Origin: Camelus dromedarius
Lineage: Eukaryota
Reading direction: 5' to 3'
Assembly (NCBI RefSeq): GCF_036321535.1
Contig: NC_087447.1
Span: 434,001 to 498,000 of the forward strand
DNA length: 64,000 nucleotides
Below the pieces are notes generated by a model. It did no database searches, was not told the origin of the DNA, and worked only from the letters and a program-made list of their open reading frames with translations. Position 1 is the stretch's first letter; the number at the start of each line of letters is the position of its first letter. A program made the position numbers and the translations under genes. Positions 9,801-22,430 of the stretch are shown here, in pieces.

Positions 9801-12800
9801 AGCCCTGATGGGCAGCCAGGGACACAGTCCAGTTGTCCGGCCCCACTGCCCACCACACCTTCGGACCAATTGCTAATGAGCCAGTTTGCCCAAAGTCATT
9901 TGATTGATCTGAATGACGTGTGTCTACTTAAGAGGCAGCCATGTGGGATGGAGAAAGCTCACACAGAGGTCTGGGCCCCTCGCACAGGGCAGGGGCCCTG
10001 GTGGCTGAACCAGACCCCACTCCTCAGGAGCCCCCTGATATCCAGCCCAGCTCCCTACCCATTCACGCGGTGTCCAGGGAGCACTGTCTGGCTCTGCCTG
10101 AGGACAGCTGGGCCCATTCCCTCACTTGAATTTCAGAGGCTCTGTGCCCTCCTCACCACCGTGGGTTTGGGTGAGATTGGTTTAGGAAGGAACATTCACA
10201 TGTGCTTGAAAATCACAACCAAATCTGGCCCCGTGGCAGCCAGGCCCCACGCCCTGCCTCTCCCTGTCCCCGGTACCAGTTTGTGGCCTGTGGGCACAGT
10301 CCCCTGGTACTGGGCTTGGATGCAGACGTAAGCGTCCGAGTAGGTGCAGGGCAGGAACCAGGGGGGCCGCAGGTCAGCAGGCTGCACTTCCAGGACCAAG
10401 GTGGCTGTGGCCGTGTGGCTGGGCTCCACATTCTCTTCCTGTGTGTCCTGCAAACAGCGCAGCCCTGCGGGTCAGGCCAGGGAGTCCAGGCAGGAGCAGC
10501 TTGCATAGGCACTTGAGCGTCTGGGACTCGGGCGGGAGTGGCCTGCTCACCCGCACCAGCAGCTGGAAGGTCATGTTCCGACACTTTTCGAAGTCCAGGG
10601 GCTGGTCCAGCCGCAGGGCTGGGCGGTTTGTACCCATCAGGGAGAAGAAGTCACTGGCACCCTAGGGCGGTGGGGGGACTCAGCCCGGAACCCTGGGAGG
10701 ACGAGCATAGGTGGGGATGCCCAGAGGGAGGGGCCAGCCAAGGGCAGGGGTGAGGGGCACTGACCAGAGTCACTTCCTGGAGGGTGTAGAACAAGATGTC
10801 ATCTTTGTCAAGGTCCTGGGCCTCCAGTTCTGTCTCAGGGATGATGGTGGTATTCACTTTAGTGTCCTGGGGGCAGGGAGGTGGGAGATTGGTCTCGTCA
10901 CGCCCCTGACCCCCATGGACCAACTCCCTCTGACCACCACCCTCTACCCTCTGGCTCCCACCCCGGGTTCTGATGCCCCAGGTGGCACCAGCCCTGTCCA
11001 TCCCACTCACCTCAGGCACCTTCCAGACCCTGGCCACATACGGGAACTGGGGCGCGTTATCATTGACATCCAGCACAGACACAAACACCCTCAGCTGGGT
11101 CACCTGGAGGAGGGGACAGGGTCCCCGACCCAGCGGGGTGCACTCGTTCTAGGTGAGGGGTGCCGTTTCCAAGACAGCCCCCTGCCCTGGGGCTCCTGCT
11201 TCAGCAGGAATTACAGACTAAGAACAAAAAGCCAGTTAGAAAGCACAAAGGAGCGGATGCCCTGGGGAGAGTAACGCAGACGCTGGGGATGCAACCAGGG
11301 AGCCCCACAGGAGAGAACAGCAAAGCAATCGAACTTCCTCAAGCGTAAATCTCACAGAAAGCCAGGAGACCTATAGATTGAAAGAGACGTGAGAGAAACA
11401 GTGACATCAGGTGCACCAGGGGGATCCTGCTTGGATCTTGATTCACACAGGAAACTGAAAGACTCCTCCGGAACTGGGAAGCGCAGACAACAGATGTCGT
11501 TGTTCATGCTAAGGAGTCAGTCCCTGCCTTTTTCGGGGCTGACAGCGCTAACCCAGTGACAGTTAAGAAGCGTCCTTATCTCTGAGAGTCTCATCCCGAG
11601 CTATCTGTGGGTGCTGTGCTGTGATGTCAGGTGGGGCACCCACAGGGCTCAGAAGGAACTGCTGAGCTGGCTGGGGTTGGGGGGAGGTGCTAGAGTTACA
11701 GCAGAACAAGGGGGTGGGCGCCTCTCCCAGCAGGTGGGGGACGGTGAGAGGGAGCGGGTGGGGGCCAGGGCTCAGTGCCGCCCTGCATCTGTCTGAGTTA
11801 TCTGGGCAGAGACTGGTGCTTGCTTTGCCAGGTAGGGTCATCTCCTGCTGTCTGGGGAGTGGACTGGGGTAGGCAGGGCCAAAAGGGGAGCAAAGAACCA
11901 GCTGGAAGGTGCTGGTGGACGAAGCCTGAGGTGGGGAGGTGGGGAGGCAGAGCCAACAGATTTGCTGGAGGACGGATGTGGGGAGAGGGAGGGGAGACTG
12001 AGCTGGCAGGGCAAGGCGCCTGCGGGGCAGAGGGCCTTGGGTCTCGAGCCGGGGGTGTCTGTGGGGAGTGTGATGTCCATCCGGGGCCGAGTTTATGCGT
12101 CTGCAGCTCAAGGCAGAGTCTGGCCCAGAGGAAGTGTGGGCGTTGCCAGCAAACTGGTGACACTTAAAAACTGCACTGCTGGATGAGGTCACCAGGGAGT
12201 GACCGTGGACCAGGCAGAGCAGAGCACAGAGGTCCAAGCGGGAACACTCTGACATCACAGGTGAGGGTGGGGACATGGGGAGATGCCAGGAGGGGGTCGG
12301 GGGTGGGACTCACCGTGGTGTCACCGCTTTTGCATTCCAGTTGTGCCTGCAGCATTGAGTTCTCCTGTAGGTGCGGGTGGGGGTTGGGAATCACCTGGCC
12401 AGCCAGCCCCATTTCACAGGTGAGGAGACTGAGGCCAAGAGCAGCATGTACTTGCCCTGGGTCCCCATCATCCATGCTGAGTCCAGAGGGCATCTGGCCC
12501 GGGGCAGCTTCGTCCCCTGAGGCCCCACCCTCTCTGGGCCAGCCTTCAGCCTGAGAGGCCCCCTGGGCAAACTGAGCCCCAGATATCCCCAGAGAGCCCT
12601 TCTCCATGGAGGAGTGTCAGCCCCTCCTGCTGCCCCCTCCCTGGGCACAACCAACCCAGGGCTGCTGTCTGCACCTCATAGTCAGGGGTCACGTTGAGAA
12701 ACAGCTGAGTCCCCTGGATTCGAAATGCGAAGTGGGTGGACGAGGGTCCGAGGGTCACCTGCTGGCCCTCGGGGACGTAGATGTCAAGCAGGGGCTCACT

Positions 12801-12981
12801 GGAATTCGTGTTCTCCTTGACTTCGAAGACGGTCTTGTCCACCGAGCAGACTGGAAATCGGAGAAGAAGGGTCAGGCCTTCAGCCTCCTGCCCACCACCA
12901 AGCCCCCCTGCTGCTGCCCCCAGTACCCTGGGCCTGGGCTGTGGCCATGAGCAGCGGGAGCAGCAGGGCCCAAGTCCGCAT
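6863..12981 (-). CDS. CDHR5: Cadherin-related family member 5 (mu-protocadherin); 15 coding exons: 12981-12927, 12850-12675, 12364-12314, 11103-11011, 10866-10765, 10661-10551, 10447-10277, 9714-9624, 9493-9396, 9289-9089, 8984-8871, 8796-8712, 8598-8308, 7766-7594, 7294-6863 (~747 aa)
   Basis: Signal peptide MRTWALLLPLLMATAQAQ; cadherin motifs (VLDVNDNAPQF, AQDLDKDD, ADLRPPWF); Ser/Thr/Pro mucin-like exon; TM segment MAALGGVLGALLLLALIALMVLV; cytoplasmic AVRSILTKERRPEGGYKAVWFGEDIGAEADVVVLN; C-terminal PDZ-type tail SIYF. The mucin-exon donor (8308) and TM-exon acceptor (7766 vs 7781) are less certain. Confidence 0.93.
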
Positions 12982-13058
12982 CTTGGCAGCGGACGGCCTG
13001 AAGGAGGGTCTGAGACTGCCTGGTGTCCAGGACCCTCTGAGCAGCCGTGGCACTGGCG

Positions 13059-13121
13059 CAGTCTTTGCCTGGGCGACCTTCGCCCCTGCCAGGCACCGCC
13101 CCACTTTATGATCCTTTACGA
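13059..13121. promoter_or_regulatory. CDHR5 proximal promoter: two CDX-like sites (TTTATGA 13105-13111, TTTACGA 13115-13121) and an HNF4-like site (13059-13071)
   Basis: Motif resemblance ~80-140 nt upstream of the ATG. CDHR5 is an intestinal/renal brush-border gene; function of these particular sites is inferred. Confidence 0.45.
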
Positions 13122-14411
13122 CCGGAGGACTGGCCTCCACCAAGGGGGATCCCGCTGGCCGTCCCCGGCCAGGCCCAGCCAACAGCCAGGAGGAGGGGAC
13201 CTGGTGGTTCCCTGGCAGGAGCTGGGCCACATGCAGGGGCTGACAGGGGCTCAACCCAACGAGCCAAGACACGAGGCACTTTGAGAGCTGCGGGGGCACC
13301 AAGGTTCTGGGTGGTATAGGCTGGTGTGGGCTGGGGTGGGGCTGGAGCTGGGGTGGGCTTCTGTGTTTGCTGTACCTGCTCCCAACCCAGGCTGTCCCTC
13401 TGCCAGCTCCTCTGCCAGAATCACAGTGGGCACAGCTCCCAAGGCAGCCAGTGAGGGTCAGACCAGAAGTGCCCCCTCCAGGCCCACCTCCTCTCCCTGA
13501 GCCAACCCTCCAGGTCTGGAAGGGAAAAGCCATTTGTGTCCTCAGGACTCCCTGCCTGTCCCAGTAACCAGCTGGCCTCAGCCAGGTGGGCCAGGCAGGC
13601 AAGGTGATGGAGATGGCAGGGCTTTAGGGGGCTGGGAGGTCCTGGGGGGCCCTGGGTCCCAACAGAGAGGGGTCCTGGCAAGGGTCCTTGGCCCAGGCCC
13701 CCAACCACCCTTCCTCCGTCTTTCCTCGGCCCCCAAGCCCGTTATCTGGCAGAGGCTGCTAGGCGGGGTTGGGAGGGAGGGAAGGGGCTGCTGTGATGAG
13801 GGGTGGAGTCCTCCGCCTTCCCACCTCCCACTGCAGCGCAGGGCCTGAAAACACTGTCCCCGACACCCCTGGTGTCTGCTGGTGACCGCGCAGCCCTGCC
13901 TGTGCCAGTGGTCCTGCAAGGGCTCCAGGAGCTCCAGCACCTCTTGGGGCCTCATCCCAGCACCTCTTGGGGCCTCATCCCCGCCCCTGCTCCACAGACT
14001 CCTGGTGGGGGGAGTCAAGCCGCTCTTCCGAGACCACGTGGCCCAGACCTGCAGCCAGGATTCCTGCAGCCAGGATTCCTGCTCAGGTCCTTTCCCTGGG
14101 GGCGCCTACCTCCCCACATCATAACCACGCGGCCCCGGGACAGCAGCTGGGGATGTCTGAGCCCCCCAGCCCCTGAATGTTTGCTGAGTGGATGACAGGG
14201 CGCCCCGAGGACGCCCAGGGAGTTAAAGAAGCTGGAAGGTGAGACTCCCCACTGGCTTCCCAGGGTTAAAGGGCAGCTGGGTGTGGGCACAGCCCTAGAA
14301 TCCAGTGGATGGTCCCTGCTTCCTGCCAACAGCCCTGCCCTGCAGTGGCTTTCTCCATGGCACCCAGATGGCACACAGAGCGGACTTCCAGGCCAGGGTC
14401 TGCATTCCTCC

Positions 14412-14417
14412 TTTATT
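14412..14417 (-). terminator. SCT polyadenylation signal AATAAA
   Basis: TTTATT on the + strand, ~100 nt past the SCT stop codon. Confidence 0.8.
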
Positions 14418-14515
14418 GGTGCCACGTGCAGCCCTTCCACAACCTCCTCCCCCGACTCCCTCCCGGTCCAGGCTCCCCTTGTCCATGGAGGGGAGGATCC
14501 ATCTTCCTCAGGGCC

Positions 14516-15304
14516 TCATCTAGGTCCCTCAGCAGCGGGGATGGCCGGCTCTGACATCATGACCCCAGCCCTCAGTCCAGGAAGCAGCTGGGGAGACCAG
14601 ACCTGGTCCACTGGGGCCCTCAGGGACATCCTGCAGAGATAGCAAGGTTAGGTGGGGGCCGAGGGCTTGATGCTGGAGATCGCTGGCCACCTGGTGAAAC
14701 CAGGCCTCCTCTGGTCCCCAGCGGAGACGGTTTCACCTTCCCAGGCCCCTGGCCCAGTGCCGCCCAGACCCAGGGTGCCCCAGGGATGGCCTGGGGCGGG
14801 AGGTCTTAACGCGGGGATGGGGACAGTGCTCACCAGGCCTGCAGGGAGGGCCTGTCCACCCACAGCAGGCAGAGGTGGCTCTCAGAGGACTTGGTCCAGG
14901 TGGTGCTGCTCTCTGTGTCCTGCTCGCTGCCCCCCACCCCAGATCAAAATTAGTCCTGGAGCTGGGGAGTGGTCACTGCTAATGTGGGCGCCCCACCGCG
15001 GGTCTCCCCGGCCCGCGGGGGGCGCCCGGCCCCTCACCTGCGCTTCCCTACCAGGCCCTGCAGAAGCCGCTGCAGCTGCGCGCTCTCACGCAGGCGGCTG
15101 AGCTCGCTCGTGAACGTCCCGTCCGAGTGTCGCGGGGCCCTGAGGAGGGGATGGGGCCGCGGACGGGTCAGGGCCGGGCCTTGGCGGGGGCCGGAGGAGC
15201 GGGCCTGGGCACCCAGGATCGCGGGCTCACCTGGGGGGCGCGGGGCGCGCCGTGCAGCCTCCGAGTAACAGCAGCAGCAGCAGCAGCAGGGCCCGCATGG
15301 CCAT
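14516..15304 (-). CDS. SCT: Preprosecretin; 4 exons: 15304-15231, 15139-15038, 14926-14834, 14630-14516 (127 aa); mature peptide at 15129-15049
   Basis: Leu-rich signal peptide, then [33 protein letters not shown] (amidation and dibasic cleavage site). Junctions are GT-AG and in phase. Confidence 0.97.
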
Positions 15305-15352
15305 GGTGGGCGCGCCGAGGCGGGGGCTGAGAGGCGGCCGGGCCGCGGCCCC

Positions 15353-15480
15353 TTTATAGGAGCGCCGGGCCAGGGGCTGGGGGCGAGGGGGTCGGCGCCG
15401 CGCCGGCTCCGCGCCGCCCGAGCCGCGCCCCATCGATCGCGCGGGAAGGTCAGGGCCGCCCCCCCAGCTGTTGCCCCGGC
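15353..15480 (-). promoter_or_regulatory. SCT promoter: TATAAA (15358-15353), E-box CAGCTG (15465-15470) flanked by GC boxes, inside a CpG island (~14990-15800)
   Basis: TATA box ~50 nt upstream of the ATG. An E-box with Sp1 sites ~130-140 nt upstream of the start fits the established NEUROD1/BETA2 element of the secretin promoter. Confidence 0.75.
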
Positions 15481-16004
15481 CGGCCGCCCGCCCCCACCGC
15501 CGCGGTGGCGCCCCTCGGGCGGGCCCGCGGGGCGGGGGCGGTGACTGAGACCCGCAGGGGAGCAGCCTGTGAGGAGGCCGGGCCTGGCCGCCCGGGGCCC
15601 GGGAGGGGCAGGCGCGAGGGGCCGGGCCGGGGCGAGGGCCGGGCGACCCGAAGCCGAAGCCGCAGGCCGAGTGACCCTTTCCCCCTGGCCGGGCGTGGGG
15701 CGGCGGGAGGAGCGGCGGGCAGGGGGGCTGGCGGGCCGCAGGGCGCCTGGGCATCTCTTTGCTTTTTCCCAGGCAGGAGAGACCTGCGCGCACTTCACGC
15801 TGGGGTAGGAGGTGGACGGACGTGCAGACGGAGGGTAGAGAAGGGGCGGGCAGCGGGAGTCGCTGGGTTGAGGAGCCTCAGGCCTTTCACACCAGTACCC
15901 ACCAAGTCCCGAGTCGTAACTGACAGCGCTAGTAAACGGAGCTACAGGCTGGTTGTTCATGGGTCAAACTTCACATGCATTTTAAAAATAATTAGTAGAC
16001 TTTT

Positions 16005-16760
16005 TTTTTTTTAAGAGCAGTTTTAGGTTTACAGAAAAATTGAGCTGTAAGTACAGGGTATTCACACACACACACACACACACACCCAGCCTCCTCTCCC
16101 CAACACCATGTCTTCATTTTGGACATTTGTGACAATTGATGAACCAACAGTAATGCATTATTAACTAAACCCAAAATTTACATTAGGGTGCATCCTGGTA
16201 TTGCACAGTCTATGGGTTTTGGCAAATGTACAAGTATCCACATTGCAGACAGGGTCACACAACGTTTCACTGTCCGGAAAACCCCAGGTGTTCCTCCTGC
16301 TCACCCTCCCTCCCCAACCCCTGATCTGTTTACAGTCGCCATAGTGTGCCTTTTGCAGAATGTTGTCCAGCTGGAATCATCCAGTCTGCATCCTTTTCAG
16401 ATCTACTTTTTTCACTTAGTCATGTGCATTTAAGGTTCCTCCATGTCCTTTCATGGCCTGACAGCGCATTTCTTTTTAGCGCTGAATAATACTCCATGGT
16501 CTGAATGTGNNNNNNNNNNNNNNNNNNNNNNNNNNNNNNNNNNNNNNNNNNNNNNNNNNNNNNNNNNNNNNNNNNNNNNNNNNNNNNNNNNNNNNNNNNN
16601 NNNNNNNNNNNNNNNNNNNNNNNNNNNNNNNNNNNNNNNNNNNNNNNNNNNNNNNNNNNNNNNNNNNNNNNNNNNGGTAAGACCATGTTTCACTTTGAAA
16701 AAAAAAGCCAGACTGTATTCCAAAGTAGCTGCACATTTTGCATCCACACCAGTCCAGGTG
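16005..16760 (-). mobile_element. Old L1 (L1MB/L1MC-like) 3' end, antisense; contains a (CA)n and an N-run
   Basis: Poly-T followed by AAGAGCAGTTTTAGGTTTACAGAAAAATTGAGC..., typical of a reverse-oriented L1M 3' UTR. Subfamily is not certain. Confidence 0.7.
16063..16085. repeat. (CA)n microsatellite
   Basis: Directly visible, ~11 units. Confidence 0.95.
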
Positions 16761-18246
16761 CAGTGGCATCTCACTGTTGTCTTCTTTACACATATTTTTA
16801 AACAGCTACTGTGGCCTCGTCTTGCACAAATTTGGCAAATTTAAACCCCTAAACTTTAACAGCACTGACCAATTAATTACATTCATGAGAACACTCCAAA
16901 CTCCAATTACTAATTTAACCAGTCAGATTTCTTGGAACTTCAAACACTTAAGTGACCAGGCAGATCTTCATAAGAAAAATCTTACTATTAAAAAAAAATT
17001 AACATGCAGTGCAATGGACTTCTAAAAAATTTACATATGGTGAAATTAACATACAGTTAAAAAAATGAATTTTGACACAGGTATAGATTTGTGTAACTAC
17101 CACCCCAATCAGGATACAGAACAACTCCACGACCAGAGAATCCCCTCCTGCTGCCCTGGGTGGTCACATGCACTGCCCTGAGTGACTTGGGTCACACCTG
17201 CTTGAAGTCACAGGAGCACAGAGGGACAGATTGAGAGTGAGATGGGTTCCAAGTGGGGGGCTGAGGCCAAGGAGAGGCGGGCTGTGTCCTGCACACACTG
17301 TGGCCGCTCACCCTCACGCTGGTCGCCCTGAAATGTGGCAGGTAAGAGCCCCACGCCCTGCCAGGCGACTGGAACCAGGAAAGAGATGCCTGAAGACCTG
17401 GGACACATGCAGCTCAAACCTTGCCTGGCTGGACACTGCTTTGAAACGCACAATGCAAGCCACACAAAATGCCACATCCCACCCACAGATTCAGGAGGAG
17501 CTGCAGGGGTTCTCAGGACTCAGGCCCCAGCTGGGTCCTCGTCACAAATGCACAGAGGGAAGTCAGCTTCTGTGAGCAGCTATGCAAGGCCTCAAATGGG
17601 ACCTCACTCTGTGTGTGTGTGTGGGGGGGGGGATTCCTCCTAATAGCCAATTTCTGGGTCCAGGAGTCGCAGAGAGAATAAGCAGCTTTATTTTTCCAGA
17701 GTAGAAGGTAGGAGGGAGCATATTGGAAGCATGTTAATTTACCTCACGGAGACATACTTTGACTAAATAAGCAAAGCACAGAAAATATTCTCTACCCTTC
17801 CACTGAGATTTAAATGTCAAGTTCAAGTAAACTGTATCTACTCTCAGTTCTACCTTAGGAGGTTGTAGGAGGACATTGAAAGGAATGATTTCTCTCAAAT
17901 CTACAACTGCTCCGCTCTTCCCTGCAAAATCCAGTGTGACATAGGCTACATCTGGCTGGATGCTTTCAGGAAGTGAGCCAGGGACCCACAGTCCTACAGT
18001 GTAAGCTTACTGTGGCCACCATGAACATCCCCTTTATTATCCTTGAGAATTAAACCCATGCAGACGTAGACCCGGCAGTCGGACGAGCTCCCGTGCGTCA
18101 CTGCTCGGCTTCAGTCGTGGACCAGTGTTCTCCACCCCATCAACTGTCTCTCTTTTTTTCCAACTAATTTTGGAGCAGATCTCAGAAATGTTACCATTTC
18201 ATCTGCAAGGATTTCAGTATCGATCCCAAAAAGGCAAGGACTGTCA

Positions 18247-18398
18247 GGGGGAAGGGTACAGCTCAGTGGTGGACTGTGTGCTTAGCATGCACAAGGTCCT
18301 GGTTCAATCCCCAGTACTGCCATTAAAAATTTTTTTAATAAAATAATTAAATAAACCTAATTATCTCCCCCACCAAAAAAAAAACAAAACAAAACAAA
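18247..18398 (+). mobile_element. tRNA-derived SINE, camelid Vic-1-like (long form)
   Basis: A-box AGCTCAGTGG, B-box GGTTCAATCCC, internal AT-rich spacer, AAATAAACCTAATTATCTCCCC tail and (AAAAC)n end. Confidence 0.85.
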
Positions 18399-18959
18399 GA
18401 TGAAGGCTGTCAGTTGTCGACTCCCCCACAAAGATCACCAAGGAAACGTGCTGATCAAACGAAGCTGAGTTACCGAGGCTGAGCAAGGATGAACGTGAGC
18501 CCACAGGCCTGGGGATGGTTCGAATGGGGGTTGGGAGAAGGCTGTTATAGGGACTTGGGTTCAGGGCTCGGCTGCCTGAGGAAGGGTCTTTCAGAGCAGG
18601 GAACTGGCAGGGACTGAGGAAAGGCTGTGAGCAGCTTAGGGCTGGGAACACAGGGAGACAACAGTCAGTATTAATCTGGTGAAACTCATCAGTGTTCTCC
18701 TATTTTGTGGGTGAAAGATGTCTCCCAGGTGTCACCTCCTGAAGCATCACTGTTTCACGTAGATCTGGAATTTATCTAGTACATGACGTGAGGTGGTGAC
18801 TCCGTTTCTTTTTTTCTCTGTGGCTGTCGCCGATGTCCAGCGTTGGTTACTGAACAGACCGTACCTCCTCCACTGCCCTAAAGTCACTGTCACTGTGAAT
18901 CAGCTGTCTGTGTACATACAGGTCTCCTTCTGGCCTCCCTGTAATAAGCCTTTGGCCCA

Positions 18960-21900
18960 CCTGCCGTTCCTTGTACTGTCTTAGCTGTAATGCCTCAATT
19001 CCTTCACTCTCCTAATGACGCTATTTTATTCTTAATATCTAACTGATCAAATCCATTCACCCTGTTTTTCTTCAAGAGTGTCTTTGTTGTTTCTGACCCT
19101 CTGCATTTCCATGTAAATTGTAGAATCTGCTTGTCAAGGTCGACAGGAAGATGCCGTTAGGAGATTGATGGAAACTGCATCAAGTTGCTAGCCCACTTCT
19201 AGAACTGTATCAAGCTGTGCCTTTGAACTGCATTTCCCCGATGATGAGTGACATGCGGCATCTTTCATGTGCTTCTTGGTCATTGGTGATCTTCTTTGGA
19301 AAAATATCTGTTCAGTCCTTTGCCCATTTTTAAGTTGGGTTGTTTGTCTTCTTGTTGAGTTGCAAAAGTTCTTTATATGTAATGGATATTAGACTCTTAC
19401 CAGATTGATATTTAAATATTTTACATATATTTCACTCTCCTGATAGTGTCCCTTGATGCACAAATGACTTTAATTTTTATGAAACCCAATCATCTATTTA
19501 TTGATTTTATTTGTGCTTTCAGTGTTATNNNNNNNNNNNNNNNNNNNNNNNNNNNNNNNNNNNNNNNNNNNNNNNNNNNNNNNNNNNNNNNNNNNNNNNN
19601 NNNNNNNNNNNNNNNNNNNNNNNNNNNNNNNNNNNNNNNNNNNNNNNNNNNNNNNNNNNNNNNNNNNNNNNNNNNNNATTCTTTTTAATTGAAGTATAGT
19701 CAGTTTACAATGTTGTGTCAGTTCTGATATACAGCATAATGCTTCACTCATACACATACATGCATCTGTTTGTTTTCGTATTCTTTTTCATCATAGGTCA
19801 CTACAAGATGTTGAATATAGTTCCCTGCGCTATACAGAATAAACATGTTGTTTAGCTATTTTACATATAATAGTTAGTACTTGCAAATCTTGAACTCCCA
19901 ATTTATCCCTTCCCACCCCCTTTCCCCCCATAAGTTTGTTCTCTATGTCTGAGTCCATTTCTGTTTCATAAATAGGCTCATTGGTGTCTTTTTTTCAGAT
20001 TCTACATAGAAGTGATATCATATCTTATTTTTCTTTCTTTTTCTGGCTTACTTCANNNNNNNNNNNNNNNNNNNNNNNNNNNNNNNNNNNNNNNNNNNNN
20101 NNNNNNNNNNNNNNNNNNNNNNNNNNNNNNNNNNNNNNNNNNNNNNNNNNNNNNNNNNNNNNNNNNNNNNNNNNNNNNNNNNNNNNNNNNNNNNNNNNNN
20201 NNNNNNNNNNNNNNNNNNNNNNNNNNNNNNNNNNNNNNNNNGGGTGCAGGTGTCTTTTCAAATTGTATTTTTCTCCAGATATATGTCCAGGAGTGGGATC
20301 ACTGGATCNNNNNNNNNNNNNNNNNNNNNNNNNNNNNNNNNNNNNNNNNNNNNNNNNNNNNNNNNNNNNNNNNNNNNNNNNNNNNNNNNNNNNNNNNNNN
20401 NNNNNNNNNNNNNNNNNNNNNNNNNNNNNNNNNNNNNNNNNNNNNNNNNNNNNNNNNNNNNNTTGTTTTGCTGGTGGATATCCAGTTGTCCCAACACGAT
20501 GTGTTGAAAAAACTCTCCCTTCCCCATTAAATAGTCCTGACAGCCTTGCTGAAAATCAGTTGATCACAGATGGGTGGGTTTATATCTGAGTCCACAGTTC
20601 TATTCCATTGATCTTTGTGTCTGTCCTTAATGCCAGTACCATACTGCCTTGATTCCTGTAGCTTTAGAGTAAGTTTTGAAACTGGCAGCTGTGCCAAATT
20701 TTTCTTTTTCAAGATTGCTTTGGTTATTTGGGGTTCCTTGAAATTCCATATGAATTTTAGGATTGGTTTTTCCGTTTCTTAAAAAGTCTATTGGGTTTTG
20801 ATAGGGAGCACATCAAATTTGGGGATTCTGTGGCGAGAAAAACTATCTTAACAATATTAAGTGTTTCAATCCACAAAGATTAGATTTACTTATTTATGCC
20901 TTCTTTAATCTTTTCCAGTAAATGTTTTGTGGTTTTCAGTGTACAGGTCTTTTCACCTTCTTGGTTAAATTTATTACTAAGTATTTTATTCTTTTTGATG
21001 CTATTGCAAATGAATTATTTTCTTAATTTCATTTTTGGATTGTTTGTTGCTAGGGTATAGAAATATAACTGGTTCTTATATGTCAATTTTATATCTTACA
21101 GCATTACCAAATTTGTTCATTCACTCTAACAGATTTTGTTTTTGTTTGTTTGTTTTTTAGGATTTTCCATACGTAAGATCATGCCATCTGCAAATAAGAA
21201 TAATTTTATTTTTTCTTTTTCAATTTTGGATCCCTTTTACTTCTTTTTCTTGCCTAATTGCTCTGGCTAGCACTTCCAGCGCATGTTGAGTAGAAGCAGC
21301 AGTGGTGGGTCTCTTTGTCTTTTTCCTGATCTCAGGGGGAAAGCTTTCAGTCTCTCATAATGGAATATTACGTTAGTTGTGTGTTTTTTATAGATGACCT
21401 TTATCGTATTGCAGAAGTGTCTTTCTATTCCCAATTTACTGAGTCTTTTTGTCATAAAAGGGTGTTGGATTTTACCAAATGTTTTCTCTACATCAATCGA
21501 GANNNNNNNNNNNNNNNNNNNNNNNNNNNNNNNNNNNNNNNNNNNNNNNNNNNNNNNNNNNNNNNNNNNNNNNNNNNNNNNNNNNNNNNNNNNNNNNNNN
21601 NNNNNNNNNNNNNNNNNNNNNNNNNNNNNNNTGGATTTGGTTTGATCATATTTTGTGGAAGGGTTTTGTATATATATTTATAAGGGATAGTTGTCTGGAG
21701 GCTTCTTGCAGTATCATTACTGTTGAGTTTCGAGTTCTTTATCTGTTTTGTATACAAATCACTTCCTAGAAATGTGATCTGTTGGTATTTTCCTCCATTG
21801 TGTGCCTGGAAGTTTTTAATTTTAATGAAGTCCACTTTATTGTTTCACTTGTAGATCACGCTTTTGGTGTCACATCTAAAAACTCTGCCTAATCCCTGGT

Positions 21901-22430
21901 CACAAAGATTTTCACCCCATCTTCTCTTCAAAAATTTTTATAGTTTTAGGTTTTACATTTAAATCTATGATTTATTTTGTGTTAGTTTCACCTGAAGCAT
22001 TAGATCAAGAATTTTGGTGGGTTTTTACTTGTTTTTTGTTGGTTATGTTGGTGTGAGTCTCCTTGTGTGATTTCTATTCTCTTTCCTAGACCTTTGGGTC
22101 TGTCTGTCTGTCCAGCAGTCCCACATGGTCTTGATCACTGTAGCTACATAGAAATTCTAAACACCGAGCCACATGCCTCCTCCAATTTTATTCCTCTCTT
22201 TCACAGTCGTTTTGGGTAATTCTGTTTCTTTTGTTTTTTCACCTAATGTTAAAATCAACTTGTCTATATCTATGAGGAATCCCACTGGAATTTTGACTGC
22301 AGATGCATTAAATCTATAGATCAGTCTGGGAAGAATTGGAATCTTTGCTTTGCAGAATCTTCCAGTTCATGAACTAGGTATGTCCCAGCATCTATTTAGG
22401 TTATTTATTTAGCCCCTGATTGTCAGCCCT
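18960..22430 (-). mobile_element. Antisense L1 fragments (ORF2 and 3' UTR), including a younger L1 3' end starting at ~19678
   Basis: T-rich reverse L1 sequence; minus-strand ORF remnants resemble ORF2 (e.g. ERLKAFPLRSGKRQRDP). Interrupted by four N-runs. Boundaries are approximate. Confidence 0.8.

Noticed and set aside
11400-12260. Three TGACATCA/TGATGTCA motifs, including a 12-bp inverted pair, in CDHR5 intron 3
   Set aside because: Short matches spread over 850 bp are compatible with chance; no conservation data.
15034-15960. 308-aa minus-strand ORF running through the SCT promoter into exon 2
   Set aside because: CpG-island read-through across the promoter and intron 1; only the last part is real SCT coding sequence.
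18247-18320. tRNA-like A and B boxes (also in the other six copies)
   Set aside because: No cloverleaf; they have A-rich tails and are dispersed copies, so they are SINEs, not tRNA genes.
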